Below are positions 51,785 through 64,000 of a DNA stretch of 64,000 bases, in pieces. The stretch's first letter is position 1; every line of letters begins with the position of its first letter. The DNA comes from Ignavibacteriota bacterium (GTDB lineage Bacteria > Bacteroidota > Ignavibacteria > UBA10030 > UBA6906). A program made the position numbers and the translations under genes. The stretch spans positions 1,760,001 to 1,824,000 of the forward strand of contig CAWDEM010000008.1 in NCBI GenBank assembly GCA_963801355.1, given 5' to 3'. The notes under the pieces were generated by a model, which did no database searches, was not told where the DNA came from, and saw nothing but the letters and a program-made list of their open reading frames with translations.

Positions 51785-54550
51785 ATGGGCCTTCATTTTG
51801 ACATTGCGAGCCGCAATCGGTTTTCCCGTTCTTGTGGCACTGCCGCCGTTGCCGCATGGCTGTTTGCCTCCCCATCTTCGATTCTTGCAGGGGAGGGAAA
51901 TCCAGGCAAGCCTGCTCCGGACGGGGATTCCCGGCGGGTGGTCTATCTCGTCCCCAATTTTCACCCTGCATGCTGCGGCTGGCTGACCGACTGGTCCACC
52001 GAGCGCAACTACTGCGCGAACAACTACATCGATCACCTGGACCGGGTGCGCGACGACCCGAACTACGCCTTTGCCCTCTCCGAGGTGCCGAACATGATCG
52101 CCATGTTCAATTTCCACCCGGAGCGAAAGGAAGAGCTGATCCGCCGCTTCCGCGAGGGGCGGGTGGAGCCGTGCAACGCCTTCTTCCTCGAATCGACGAT
52201 CAACCTGCCGGGGGGCGAGGCGCTGGTCAAGAACGGCGTAGAGGGTCTGCGCTGGCAGAACCGGGTGCTCGGGGTCCGTCCGCGTTATGCCTGGATGATC
52301 GACGTGACGGGAACCCACGAGCAGATGGCGCAGATAACCGCCGGGCTCGGCCTGGACGCCCTGTTCTATACCCGGCACAATCCGACAGGATCCACGATCC
52401 ACTGGGCCGAATCTCCCGACGGCACGTGTGTGCTGGCCGTCGCCCCGGGACACTACAGCGAGTGGAACCCTCTCTTCAAGACCGCCCAGCCCCTCGACGA
52501 GACGGCGCTTCGGGAATTGAAGGATGATCTCGATTACCGGATGGGGCTGAAGACGATGACTCCCGAGGAGATCGAGAAACGGCCCTTCAAGTGGGACGGA
52601 ATGAGGCAACGTGTCCCCGAGGGGGCTCCGGTGCTGATCCTGGCAGGCAACGGAGACTACAGCGTCGCCCCCGCCTACAAGGGATATCCGACCGAGTTCC
52701 TCCGTCAATTCAAGAGCGTCGCCCCCCGAATCGACCTGGCCTTCGTCACCCCCAGTAGATACGTGGACGCGATCCTGCCCGCGGCCCGATCGGGCGCCAT
52801 GAAGCTGCCCACAATGAAGGGGGGAACGAAATTTAGCTTCAACGCCTTCTGGATGGAAAACCCACGCGTCAAAACCGCGTTTCGCCGCGCGGAGCAGGAC
52901 CTGCAGGCGGCCGAGATGCTGTCGACAGTCGCCAGCCTCGAATCCCGTTTTACATACCCGGTTCAGCCGCTGTATCACGCCTGGCTCATGCTGCTGCTGA
53001 ACATGGACCGCAATTCCCTCTGGGGATCGGCTGGCGGCATGGTCTTCGAGCACCCGCATTCGTGGGACGTTCGCGACCGTTACGAAGCCGTGGGCGCCAT
53101 CGCCCGCAGAACATCCGAGGAGGCGATCGGCACCCTATTTCCCGAGGGATCGTCTGTGGCGTTGTTCAACCAGCTCAACTGGGAGCGACGCGATCCGGTA
53201 CTGGTAAACCTCCCAAATGGAAGCAGCCTGAAAGGCGTCCGGTGCCAAGCTGTGCCGGGGACGCCGTACGTCCTGTGCCGGCCAACGCTCTCTTCGGTTG
53301 GAACGGTTTCCCTCGAGCCCTCGTCGAAGCATCCCGAACTCCCGATATCGGTTCCTTTGCCCGACTCGATTGATACGCGTTTTTACCGGGCTCGGATCGA
53401 TAAGGGCACGGGCGCTCTGACAAGCCTGAAGTTGAAACCCTCGGGCCGGGAAATGCTGGGCGGGCCGGCGAACGTCATCGCGGCTGAAAAGCCGAAGACG
53501 CAGACGGGCGATCCGGGCGACCACATCCTCGACCGGCCGGAGCGCCTGACACTGGCGAATTCGAGCCAGTTTCGCCCGAGGATCTCCGTTCAATCGGGGC
53601 CCTTGGCCACGACTGTCGAGATTGAGTCCGGGTTCTACGGCGGCGGACGCATGGTTCGAACCATCCGCTTCTACGACGAATATCCGCGCATCGATTTCGA
53701 GACGGAGCTGAATGACATCCCCGACAGCACCGTGGTGGCGGCGGAGTTTCCGCTGAGCGAGGAGATCGTCGAGATCCGTCGTGGCATTCCTTACGGCTTC
53801 TCACACGGTGCCTGGTCGAGGCCGAACACCGGCCTGCACGGCTGGACCAAGGGGATCGTCCCCGCGGTGCGCTGGTCGCACTACGCGTTTGCCGACGGAG
53901 GTGGAGTGGCGCTGCTCGACCGCGGCCTCTCCGGGCGCGAGGTGACCGGCAAGACCCCGATCATCTTTCTGCTCAACGCCACAGACAAGTACTACGGATA
54001 CGACAACCCGTGGCTGAGCGGCAAGGGGAAGCACCGGCTCGAGTACGCCCTGGTCGCCCACGAATCTACCTGGGACAAGGCGCGCATTCCACAACTGGCG
54101 TGGGAATTCAACTGCCCGCCGGTCGCGGTCCCCAACCGCGGGAAGACCGCTCCCCGATCATTCGTCAAGACATCGGAGAACGTGATCGTCGAAGCGATCC
54201 GCCGCGAAGGTTCCGATATTGAATTGCGCATGGCCGAATGCCTGGGAATCGCCGGCTACGCCGAAGTGAAACTCTCGATGCCCCACGAGCAAGCGGCGCT
54301 GACCGATCTCGCCGGCGCCAATCGTGTCCCGCTCAAGCCCGCCTCCGTCTACCGTTTCCCCGTACGTCCGCAGCAGATCGTCACCATGCGTTTCCGCACC
54401 CGGAATGCCGTGGCCGGAATCCAGCCCCTGACCGATTGGACTCCCCTGGTTCCCGAGGCAAAGCTCGCCGCACTGAACACCCGCATTGACAAGAAGGGCC
54501 ATCCCCCCCGCGGCGACGCGCCCAGGGATCCGGGATCCAATGGACCTTGA
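51785..54550 (+). CDS. GH38-like glycoside hydrolase with atypical N-terminal metal motif
   Basis: VYLVPNFHPACCGWL, PGGEALVKN, AWMIDVTG, NGDY, FNQLNWER, C-terminal VEAIRREG..RPQQIVT. Confidence 0.8.
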   Translation: MGLHFDIASRNRFSRSCGTAAVAAWLFASPSSILAGEGNPGKPAPDGDSRRVVYLVPNFHPACCGWLTDWSTERNYCANNYIDHLDRVRDDPNYAFALSEVPNMIAMFNFHPERKEELIRRFREGRVEPCNAFFLESTINLPGGEALVKNGVEGLRWQNRVLGVRPRYAWMIDVTGTHEQMAQITAGLGLDALFYTRHNPTGSTIHWAESPDGTCVLAVAPGHYSEWNPLFKTAQPLDETALRELKDDLDYRMGLKTMTPEEIEKRPFKWDGMRQRVPEGAPVLILAGNGDYSVAPAYKGYPTEFLRQFKSVAPRIDLAFVTPSRYVDAILPAARSGAMKLPTMKGGTKFSFNAFWMENPRVKTAFRRAEQDLQAAEMLSTVASLESRFTYPVQPLYHAWLMLLLNMDRNSLWGSAGGMVFEHPHSWDVRDRYEAVGAIARRTSEEAIGTLFPEGSSVALFNQLNWERRDPVLVNLPNGSSLKGVRCQAVPGTPYVLCRPTLSSVGTVSLEPSSKHPELPISVPLPDSIDTRFYRARIDKGTGALTSLKLKPSGREMLGGPANVIAAEKPKTQTGDPGDHILDRPERLTLANSSQFRPRISVQSGPLATTVEIESGFYGGGRMVRTIRFYDEYPRIDFETELNDIPDSTVVAAEFPLSEEIVEIRRGIPYGFSHGAWSRPNTGLHGWTKGIVPAVRWSHYAFADGGGVALLDRGLSGREVTGKTPIIFLLNATDKYYGYDNPWLSGKGKHRLEYALVAHESTWDKARIPQLAWEFNCPPVAVPNRGKTAPRSFVKTSENVIVEAIRREGSDIELRMAECLGIAGYAEVKLSMPHEQAALTDLAGANRVPLKPASVYRFPVRPQQIVTMRFRTRNAVAGIQPLTDWTPLVPEAKLAALNTRIDKKGHPPRGDAPRDPGSNGP

Positions 54551-54712
54551 CTCGAAAGCTGCATCGAGGGGCTGGTCACCTCGAACTCGATACGCCGTAT
54601 TCGGAGGCACCAACGGAAGCCAAACGCAAGCGAAGAACGCGCCGGGACTAACGGATTGAGCCGGCTCCCCCTTGGAGTGCCGAAGATTTGCTGATCAGAC
54701 CGTGGCCTAGCA

Positions 54713-56209
54713 CTACTGATGGCCCGACCCGTTCAGGGCCGCGAAATACCTCCGGGCAAATTGAATGAAATACGACCAGTTCGGGCCAACCGTGTGCCCC
54801 GCTTCATGCTGTCGAAAGGCCAGATCTCCTTGCGTGAGAGCCACCCCGATCGAAGGCATGCGAGTGTCAACGAGGCCCTGCTTATCAAGCAAAGCGTACA
54901 CCGGGCTCGCCGCCACTGCAGCCCTGAACTGCCCCTCGCTGTCCACCCATCGCCCTTCGACTTCCGGCGAGCCGCAACTTATGAAGACCGGGCGAGGAGC
55001 ACAGAGAGCGATCAACTCGTGAGCATCCACTGAAAGGGTGTCCGGACGGAGGACGTACCTCAGGAACGTCCCGCCGAACCAATGAAACTCCTCCGAGGAA
55101 CAGATATTGCCCATCGACTCTCCATAATCACGCCGATAGAGTGTCGCTCCTCCTTTGCCTGACGACGCGACCAGGGCGATCGCAAAGCGTTGGTCGTACA
55201 CCATTGTGGAAAGTACCGCCTTCCCATACCTGGACACCCCTTCAATGCCGATTCGGGTCGCGTCAATGCTCTTGTCGGTCTCAAAATAGTCCATCACTCT
55301 GCTCGCACCCCACGCCCACGCCCGAAGGGCACCCCATTGGTCAGGGTTTCTCTGTCGGCCTCTGTTGACAAGCCCGATGATCCCTTCGTTTAGCCCAGCA
55401 CCATTATCGGGCTGAACGCTCGTGGGGACATACACGGCAACCCCCCATCCTTGTTCCAGCACCTGCTGCTCCCAGTTTGGTCCTTCCGGCTTCGTCATGC
55501 CCGGGAAGTGAAAGCCCGGCGGAAAGACGAGCCCGAACTCCATGATTACCGGCACCGGTTCCTTTGCTGCCGCCGGCGTCGTCAATCTTGCCTGGATAGC
55601 GACATGGATGTTCGTATCGAGAGCATTGTCGATGCGCCCCAGGAGCTCTTTCGTTACGGCTCTCACGTTCCCGATCGTCGTATCTGCCGCACGAAGGACG
55701 GACCACTTGACCCCGGGGACGTTTTGGGGCACCTCGCCAAAGATCTCTCGGCTGAACGCCTTGATGATTTCCTCTCTCCGTTGCCCCCACCACATCTCCT
55801 GCGTAACAACCCGTCGACCATCATCGAGCCGAAACGGGTCGGGAAGCCGGAGAAACGGATTTGCTTTCGATTCGTCGTAATTGTTCCACGTGCCCCACGG
55901 AGATCGCGTGTACAGATTCCCTCGTTTGTCATACCAATTGGCGAACCCTTGTTTGCGAAACGTGTTTGCCGGCCGTCGAGGGTCATTTTCCGGCGGAGGG
56001 AGGGACTCCGGCACCTGGATGTCGAGGAGATCGATCATTCTCCTCCATTCCTCCGACGACCGGGCGTTGATCTTCGCGAAATGAGCGGCGCGATCCTGTT
56101 GCGACATTGTGAAGACGTTCGGCGTCTGCGCACCCCCGGTCGAGAAGACCACCGTCACCAAAGCGAGTAAAATCCCAACTCTGTGTCCGCCCAGCGGTTT
56201 CATTGCCAT
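54713..56209 (-). CDS. CE15-like (glucuronoyl esterase family) secreted esterase
   Basis: NYDESKA..LPDP, WGALRAWAWGASR, EGVSRYGK, DAHELIALCAPRPVF, HEAGH. Confidence 0.85.
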   Translation of the reverse strand: MAMKPLGGHRVGILLALVTVVFSTGGAQTPNVFTMSQQDRAAHFAKINARSSEEWRRMIDLLDIQVPESLPPPENDPRRPANTFRKQGFANWYDKRGNLYTRSPWGTWNNYDESKANPFLRLPDPFRLDDGRRVVTQEMWWGQRREEIIKAFSREIFGEVPQNVPGVKWSVLRAADTTIGNVRAVTKELLGRIDNALDTNIHVAIQARLTTPAAAKEPVPVIMEFGLVFPPGFHFPGMTKPEGPNWEQQVLEQGWGVAVYVPTSVQPDNGAGLNEGIIGLVNRGRQRNPDQWGALRAWAWGASRVMDYFETDKSIDATRIGIEGVSRYGKAVLSTMVYDQRFAIALVASSGKGGATLYRRDYGESMGNICSSEEFHWFGGTFLRYVLRPDTLSVDAHELIALCAPRPVFISCGSPEVEGRWVDSEGQFRAAVAASPVYALLDKQGLVDTRMPSIGVALTQGDLAFRQHEAGHTVGPNWSYFIQFARRYFAALNGSGHQ

Positions 56210-56237
56210 TTCTTTCTTCGTTTCTTGCGAAATGAGC

Positions 56238-58184
56238 TTAGCGAATATGAGATTGTCCGGTCGGACTCAGCCGGGCGCTCGTCAACGCCCGCCAGTACAT
56301 CATGTACCGCGCATCATGGATTTGCCAGAACGGCTCCAGCAGGATCTTCATTGGATTGATCATCCTCAAGTGAGGGAGAGTGAAAGCAAGGGGATTGCCT
56401 CGCACTGGCACGAGTTTGTCAGCAATCGCAGCAAAGGAATCTCCGATCAACACAGGTGCTTCAGCAAGAGGGAGTCGTTTGCCCCCTGCAATGTGGCCCC
56501 ATCTGCTGTCGTCTGCAACGAGGCCCACCAGGTCTTCCGTGCCCGTCTTCGCTGCAAGCAGAATCGGGCCGTGCATGAAGGCAAAATAGGTGGGCAGATG
56601 AGGGAGTTGGGCGATCGTGTTGTGCATCGGCAGAAGAATTTGTATCACGTCGCCAGCTTGCCATAGGCGGTCAACAACGATGTAGGACGACGGGTGAGCC
56701 ACACAGGATACGCTATCCCCGTTGACAATGAGCCCGAGCTTTCCTTCGGCTACCCAAGATGGGTAGCGAACCATCAATCGAAAACGTGAAGAACCTTGCG
56801 TGACGATCAGTTTCGTTTGCTCTTCGTACGGAAATGCGGTTTCCTGTCGGATCGTTACTCCCTCTTCGCTCCAGTGTAACTCCGATGCAATGAAGAGATT
56901 GACGAACAGGGAGTCATGCTGGTGTGCGTAAATGAATTGATTGTATTTCCCATGGTTTTCCATGCCAGTCCCCACGCAACACCACATCGCCTCATTGGGC
57001 GCGGAATACACTCTGTAGTGGCGCGGGCGCGCCGGAGTAAAATACACATAGCCACCATGGACGGGATGCTGAGTTGAGAGTATGTGATTGAATAGTGTTC
57101 GTTCATAGTAGTCTGTGTATCCCGCTGACGGGTCCATTCTAAAGAGATCCTCAGTCAACTTGAGCATGTTGTAAGAATTGCATGATTCAGGACCTTCGAC
57201 GTCACTGACAAAATCGCCGCATGCAGAAGCGCCTGGGAAATGTTCCCTCCTGCTGTTTCCGCCAAACGCCAGTGTGCGATTCCGCGTCACCGTTTCCCAG
57301 AAGAATCTCCCGGCTCGGATGTACCGCTCGTCATGAGTGAGCTCCGCAATTCGTTGGAATCCAATTGCCTTCGGGATTTGAGTATTCGCGTGTTTGTCGT
57401 CGAGATTGTCATTCCCCGCGGTCATTGCGTCAAGCAGCATCCTGTGAGAAAACCGCCGGGCAGCCGTCAGGTATTTCGCATCGCCGGTCATCTGATACGC
57501 ATCCGCAAAGATCTCAGCCATGCCGCCGTGCTCAGTATCAAGCACCACCTGCATCTGAGAGTCCGCCAGCGCCGATGTGACGGTAATTCCCCAGTCACAG
57601 AATTTCAAGAAGATTTCCCTGGCATCTTCGTTCCCGGTGTACGCCCAGGCATCCCTGAGTCCCGCATACATCTTATGGACATTGTACCATGGCACCCACG
57701 CGGATTTGTATTCAGCAAAGTCTCCTCTTTTCAAAGCGGACCAGACGTTTTTGCTCTTCGGGACCCCGCCAACATATCCCCCTCCCCAATCCGGATTATT
57801 CCTGGTGTTTGAAGCCTGGCATGCCTTCAGTTCCGATATTACGTATTCCAGCCGTCTGCCGCACTCCGGATTGCGGGTTGAAGCGAAATTCATTGCCAGA
57901 GCCGACAGATAGTGTCCTCCCACATGCCCGTCAAGTCCATCCCAGTTGGTATAGCTTGCGGCTCTTGGGGTCAGTCCGGCTTCCCGACGATACGGAGCGA
58001 GCAACCGATCAACATCGTATTTCAGGAGAACCTGGATATTCAGGTCCCGAGCATGTTTAAACGGTCCATCAAGCAGAACGACTTTACTCAACGGAAACGC
58101 GTTCTGATAGAGTCTCTCCTGAGCACACACCGCACCGCTTAGGAAAGCGCTGCCTACAACCACACTGAACATGATAGCTCTCAT
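56238..58184 (-). CDS. GH127/GH146-like beta-L-arabinofuranosidase family protein
   Basis: LDGHVGGHYLSA, PWYNVHK, EHGGM, HANTQIPK, ESCNSYNMLK, WCCVGTG. Confidence 0.88.
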   Translation of the reverse strand: MRAIMFSVVVGSAFLSGAVCAQERLYQNAFPLSKVVLLDGPFKHARDLNIQVLLKYDVDRLLAPYRREAGLTPRAASYTNWDGLDGHVGGHYLSALAMNFASTRNPECGRRLEYVISELKACQASNTRNNPDWGGGYVGGVPKSKNVWSALKRGDFAEYKSAWVPWYNVHKMYAGLRDAWAYTGNEDAREIFLKFCDWGITVTSALADSQMQVVLDTEHGGMAEIFADAYQMTGDAKYLTAARRFSHRMLLDAMTAGNDNLDDKHANTQIPKAIGFQRIAELTHDERYIRAGRFFWETVTRNRTLAFGGNSRREHFPGASACGDFVSDVEGPESCNSYNMLKLTEDLFRMDPSAGYTDYYERTLFNHILSTQHPVHGGYVYFTPARPRHYRVYSAPNEAMWCCVGTGMENHGKYNQFIYAHQHDSLFVNLFIASELHWSEEGVTIRQETAFPYEEQTKLIVTQGSSRFRLMVRYPSWVAEGKLGLIVNGDSVSCVAHPSSYIVVDRLWQAGDVIQILLPMHNTIAQLPHLPTYFAFMHGPILLAAKTGTEDLVGLVADDSRWGHIAGGKRLPLAEAPVLIGDSFAAIADKLVPVRGNPLAFTLPHLRMINPMKILLEPFWQIHDARYMMYWRALTSARLSPTGQSHIR

Positions 58185-58219
58185 TACGGATAACTCGCTT
58201 TGCTCACATGATACTCTGC

Positions 58220-60873
<2,654 letters not shown>

Positions 60874-60968
60874 CAAGTTCAGAGATCTGAGTACATCGCG
60901 TTGAAACGCTCATCCGCCTTTGTCTCATTACCGCCGTGGTCGACCACCGGGAGAATTGTCAGTTTTGC

Positions 60969-62519
60969 CTATTTCCCTGATACCTCAGTGCGGTGCTCAA
61001 CTTTCACCCGTACCTGCGTGAATGAATGCGGCGGAAATGAGCACGTGATTCTGTTCCCAGCAACCTTGGCTTCCTTGATCACGGGTTTGTACTGCTCCTG
61101 CTTGTCGGAGGTGAACGGCTCTTCGAGCGAGGCGGCTGTCAACAGGCTCAGCTCAGCCTTCCCCGTAAGTTTGCCAGAAGTACTATTGATTTCAGCGGTA
61201 ATCGTCTTCTCTTTGTGTCTGTTGACAACGTTCACGTAGATCGTATTCCCTTCTTTTGAATAGACCGAGGTCACGTCGAGATACGGAATGCCTTTGTACT
61301 TGTCGACATTGAACGTGTCGCATTCAACATATGTGTCGACGGAAGAGCCGCGGCAGTTGGTTGAGAACGACTTGAAGATGTGAAACAGTGGCGCTTTGAA
61401 GGTCTTCCTTTCTTTGTCAGTCGCCAGCAGAGACGTGAACATCGTGAAGTTGGCCATCTTCACCACATCCGCATGCCGGACGAACGAGTTGAGGCATTGC
61501 GCTATTGGCAGAACGGATCGGAAATCCCTGCCAAAGGTTCCCCACTCGTCGAATGATATGTAAATTGGCTTCCTCAGGTCGTTCATTGCCCGGACGGCAT
61601 CTATCTGTGCGGCCGGTATTGTGATCTTTTCCTCGAAGTCCATCGCGCGTTGCCCCATGTAGGTATAGTAGTCCGGCGTGGGGTCCCAGTAGCGGTGGAT
61701 GGAAATGTAGTCTATGACATCTCCGAGCCCGGCGAGCACTTTCCGGTTCCATTCCACCCACTGCCCGGTGCTTTCGTAATAGGATGATCCGGAGGCAACG
61801 AATTTGATAGTCTTGTCTACTGAGCGCATCGCCTTGGCAGCTTCTCTGGCAATCCTGACGTATTCTTCTGGGGTCTTATGTCCCAGTTCCCATGGTGACC
61901 CATCGACCTCATTGCCGAGATTCCAGATCCCGACATTGAAGGGTTTCTCATGTCCCATTTTGGCTCTCAGGTCGGACCAGTAGGTTCCTTTGGGATAGTT
62001 GCAGTATTCTACCCAGCCGCACGCGTCGTTGATCGTGGCGAGACCCAGGTTGACACAGATGACGTTCTCGCTTCCCATTGCCCGGTTGAGCGCGATCCAC
62101 TCGTCCGTGCCCACGTGATTATTGTCGAGTCCCCCCCAGGCAAGGTTGATGCGCACCGGCCGCTGATTCTTTGGCCCAACGCCATCCTGCCAGTTGTAGC
62201 CCATCACAAAATTCCCGCCCGGCCAGCGCATGTTGGTGATTTTCAGCTCTCTGGCCGCTTCGAGGTAATCCTTCCGGAAGCCATTTTCGTCCGCGAGCGG
62301 CGACGAGGGATCGTAGAGGCTCCCATACATTGTGTTGAAGTCGACCGTGTCGGGCAACCCCATGCGTTTCCCATCGAAATGGATGGGCTCCATAAACACA
62401 CCGTAGATCCGTGGATCGATCTCTCCGATCGTTCGGTCAATATCGATCTTGATGTTCGCGGTCTGCGCGAGCAATGGGAGAGGGAGAGCGAGCAAGAAGA
62501 TGAGAAGGATCTTTTTCAT
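60969..62519 (-). CDS. GH51 alpha-L-arabinofuranosidase
   Basis: IYGVFME, RWPGGNF, GTDEW, LGNE (acid/base), SFDEW (nucleophile). Confidence 0.92.
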   Translation of the reverse strand: MKKILLIFLLALPLPLLAQTANIKIDIDRTIGEIDPRIYGVFMEPIHFDGKRMGLPDTVDFNTMYGSLYDPSSPLADENGFRKDYLEAARELKITNMRWPGGNFVMGYNWQDGVGPKNQRPVRINLAWGGLDNNHVGTDEWIALNRAMGSENVICVNLGLATINDACGWVEYCNYPKGTYWSDLRAKMGHEKPFNVGIWNLGNEVDGSPWELGHKTPEEYVRIAREAAKAMRSVDKTIKFVASGSSYYESTGQWVEWNRKVLAGLGDVIDYISIHRYWDPTPDYYTYMGQRAMDFEEKITIPAAQIDAVRAMNDLRKPIYISFDEWGTFGRDFRSVLPIAQCLNSFVRHADVVKMANFTMFTSLLATDKERKTFKAPLFHIFKSFSTNCRGSSVDTYVECDTFNVDKYKGIPYLDVTSVYSKEGNTIYVNVVNRHKEKTITAEINSTSGKLTGKAELSLLTAASLEEPFTSDKQEQYKPVIKEAKVAGNRITCSFPPHSFTQVRVKVEHRTEVSGK

Positions 62520-62590
62520 GATAGTTGCCCTGTCGTTCGAGTCAGTTGAATGTCACGCACGTATGTCAGATACTCTCTTTATCGGATGAT

Positions 62591-63805
<1,215 letters not shown>

Positions 63806-63887
63806 CTAATGCGACCTTCGGGATCACGCAAAGATCTATGCGGTTTGACACGATTGCTACACCACCTGTTCGACCCGCTCCAACGGG

Positions 63888-64000
63888 TTATTGGATGACC
63901 ATCTTGACCGTCTTGAGATTCTTTGCATCCGAGTTGTTTCCATAGAGAATCTCGTAGTCCCCGCCTCGCACTGCCATCCGGCCGCTCTCCCGGTCAAAGA
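63888..64000 (-). CDS. C-terminus of a probable GH3 beta-xylosidase (Fn3-like domain), partial
   Basis: Manual translation FDRESGRMAVRGGDYEILYGNNSDAKNLKTVKMVIQ*. Confidence 0.6.
   Translation of the reverse strand, partial: FDRESGRMAVRGGDYEILYGNNSDAKNLKTVKMVIQ

Overview
64 kb of a moderately GC-rich bacterial chromosome or MAG. A T9SS-type C-terminal sorting domain (QNYPNPFNP...GIYFYR) points to the FCB group (Ignavibacteria/Bacteroidota-like). About 40 CDSs, no rRNA, no intact tRNA, no CRISPR, no integrase or transposase. Left third: mixed metabolic and envelope genes (GH38, DUF1846, amidohydrolase, AmpG-like MFS, GNAT-nitrilase, OmpA, URO-D-like, ABC exporter, M14 peptidase, T9SS cargo, HTH-HATPase-STAS regulator, 3-ketoglycoside cluster). 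Right end: a hemicellulose side-chain degradation cluster (GH38-like, CE15, GH127-like, CE1 x2, DUF1593, GH51, GH3). The most notable structure is at 27.8-51.6 kb. Four receptor-like Ser/Thr kinases carry closely related kinase domains but different C-terminal domains. A colinear ~98-bp promoter+leader+start module occurs four times, once fused to a non-kinase UbiA gene. A tRNA(Asn-like) 3' fragment with a terminator abuts an HTH remnant, and a collapsed copy of that junction lies between two kinases. I infer a tandem array of related kinase-headed units accreted at a tRNA attachment site and eroded by short-homology deletions. All family assignments come from motif recognition by eye, not database searches.
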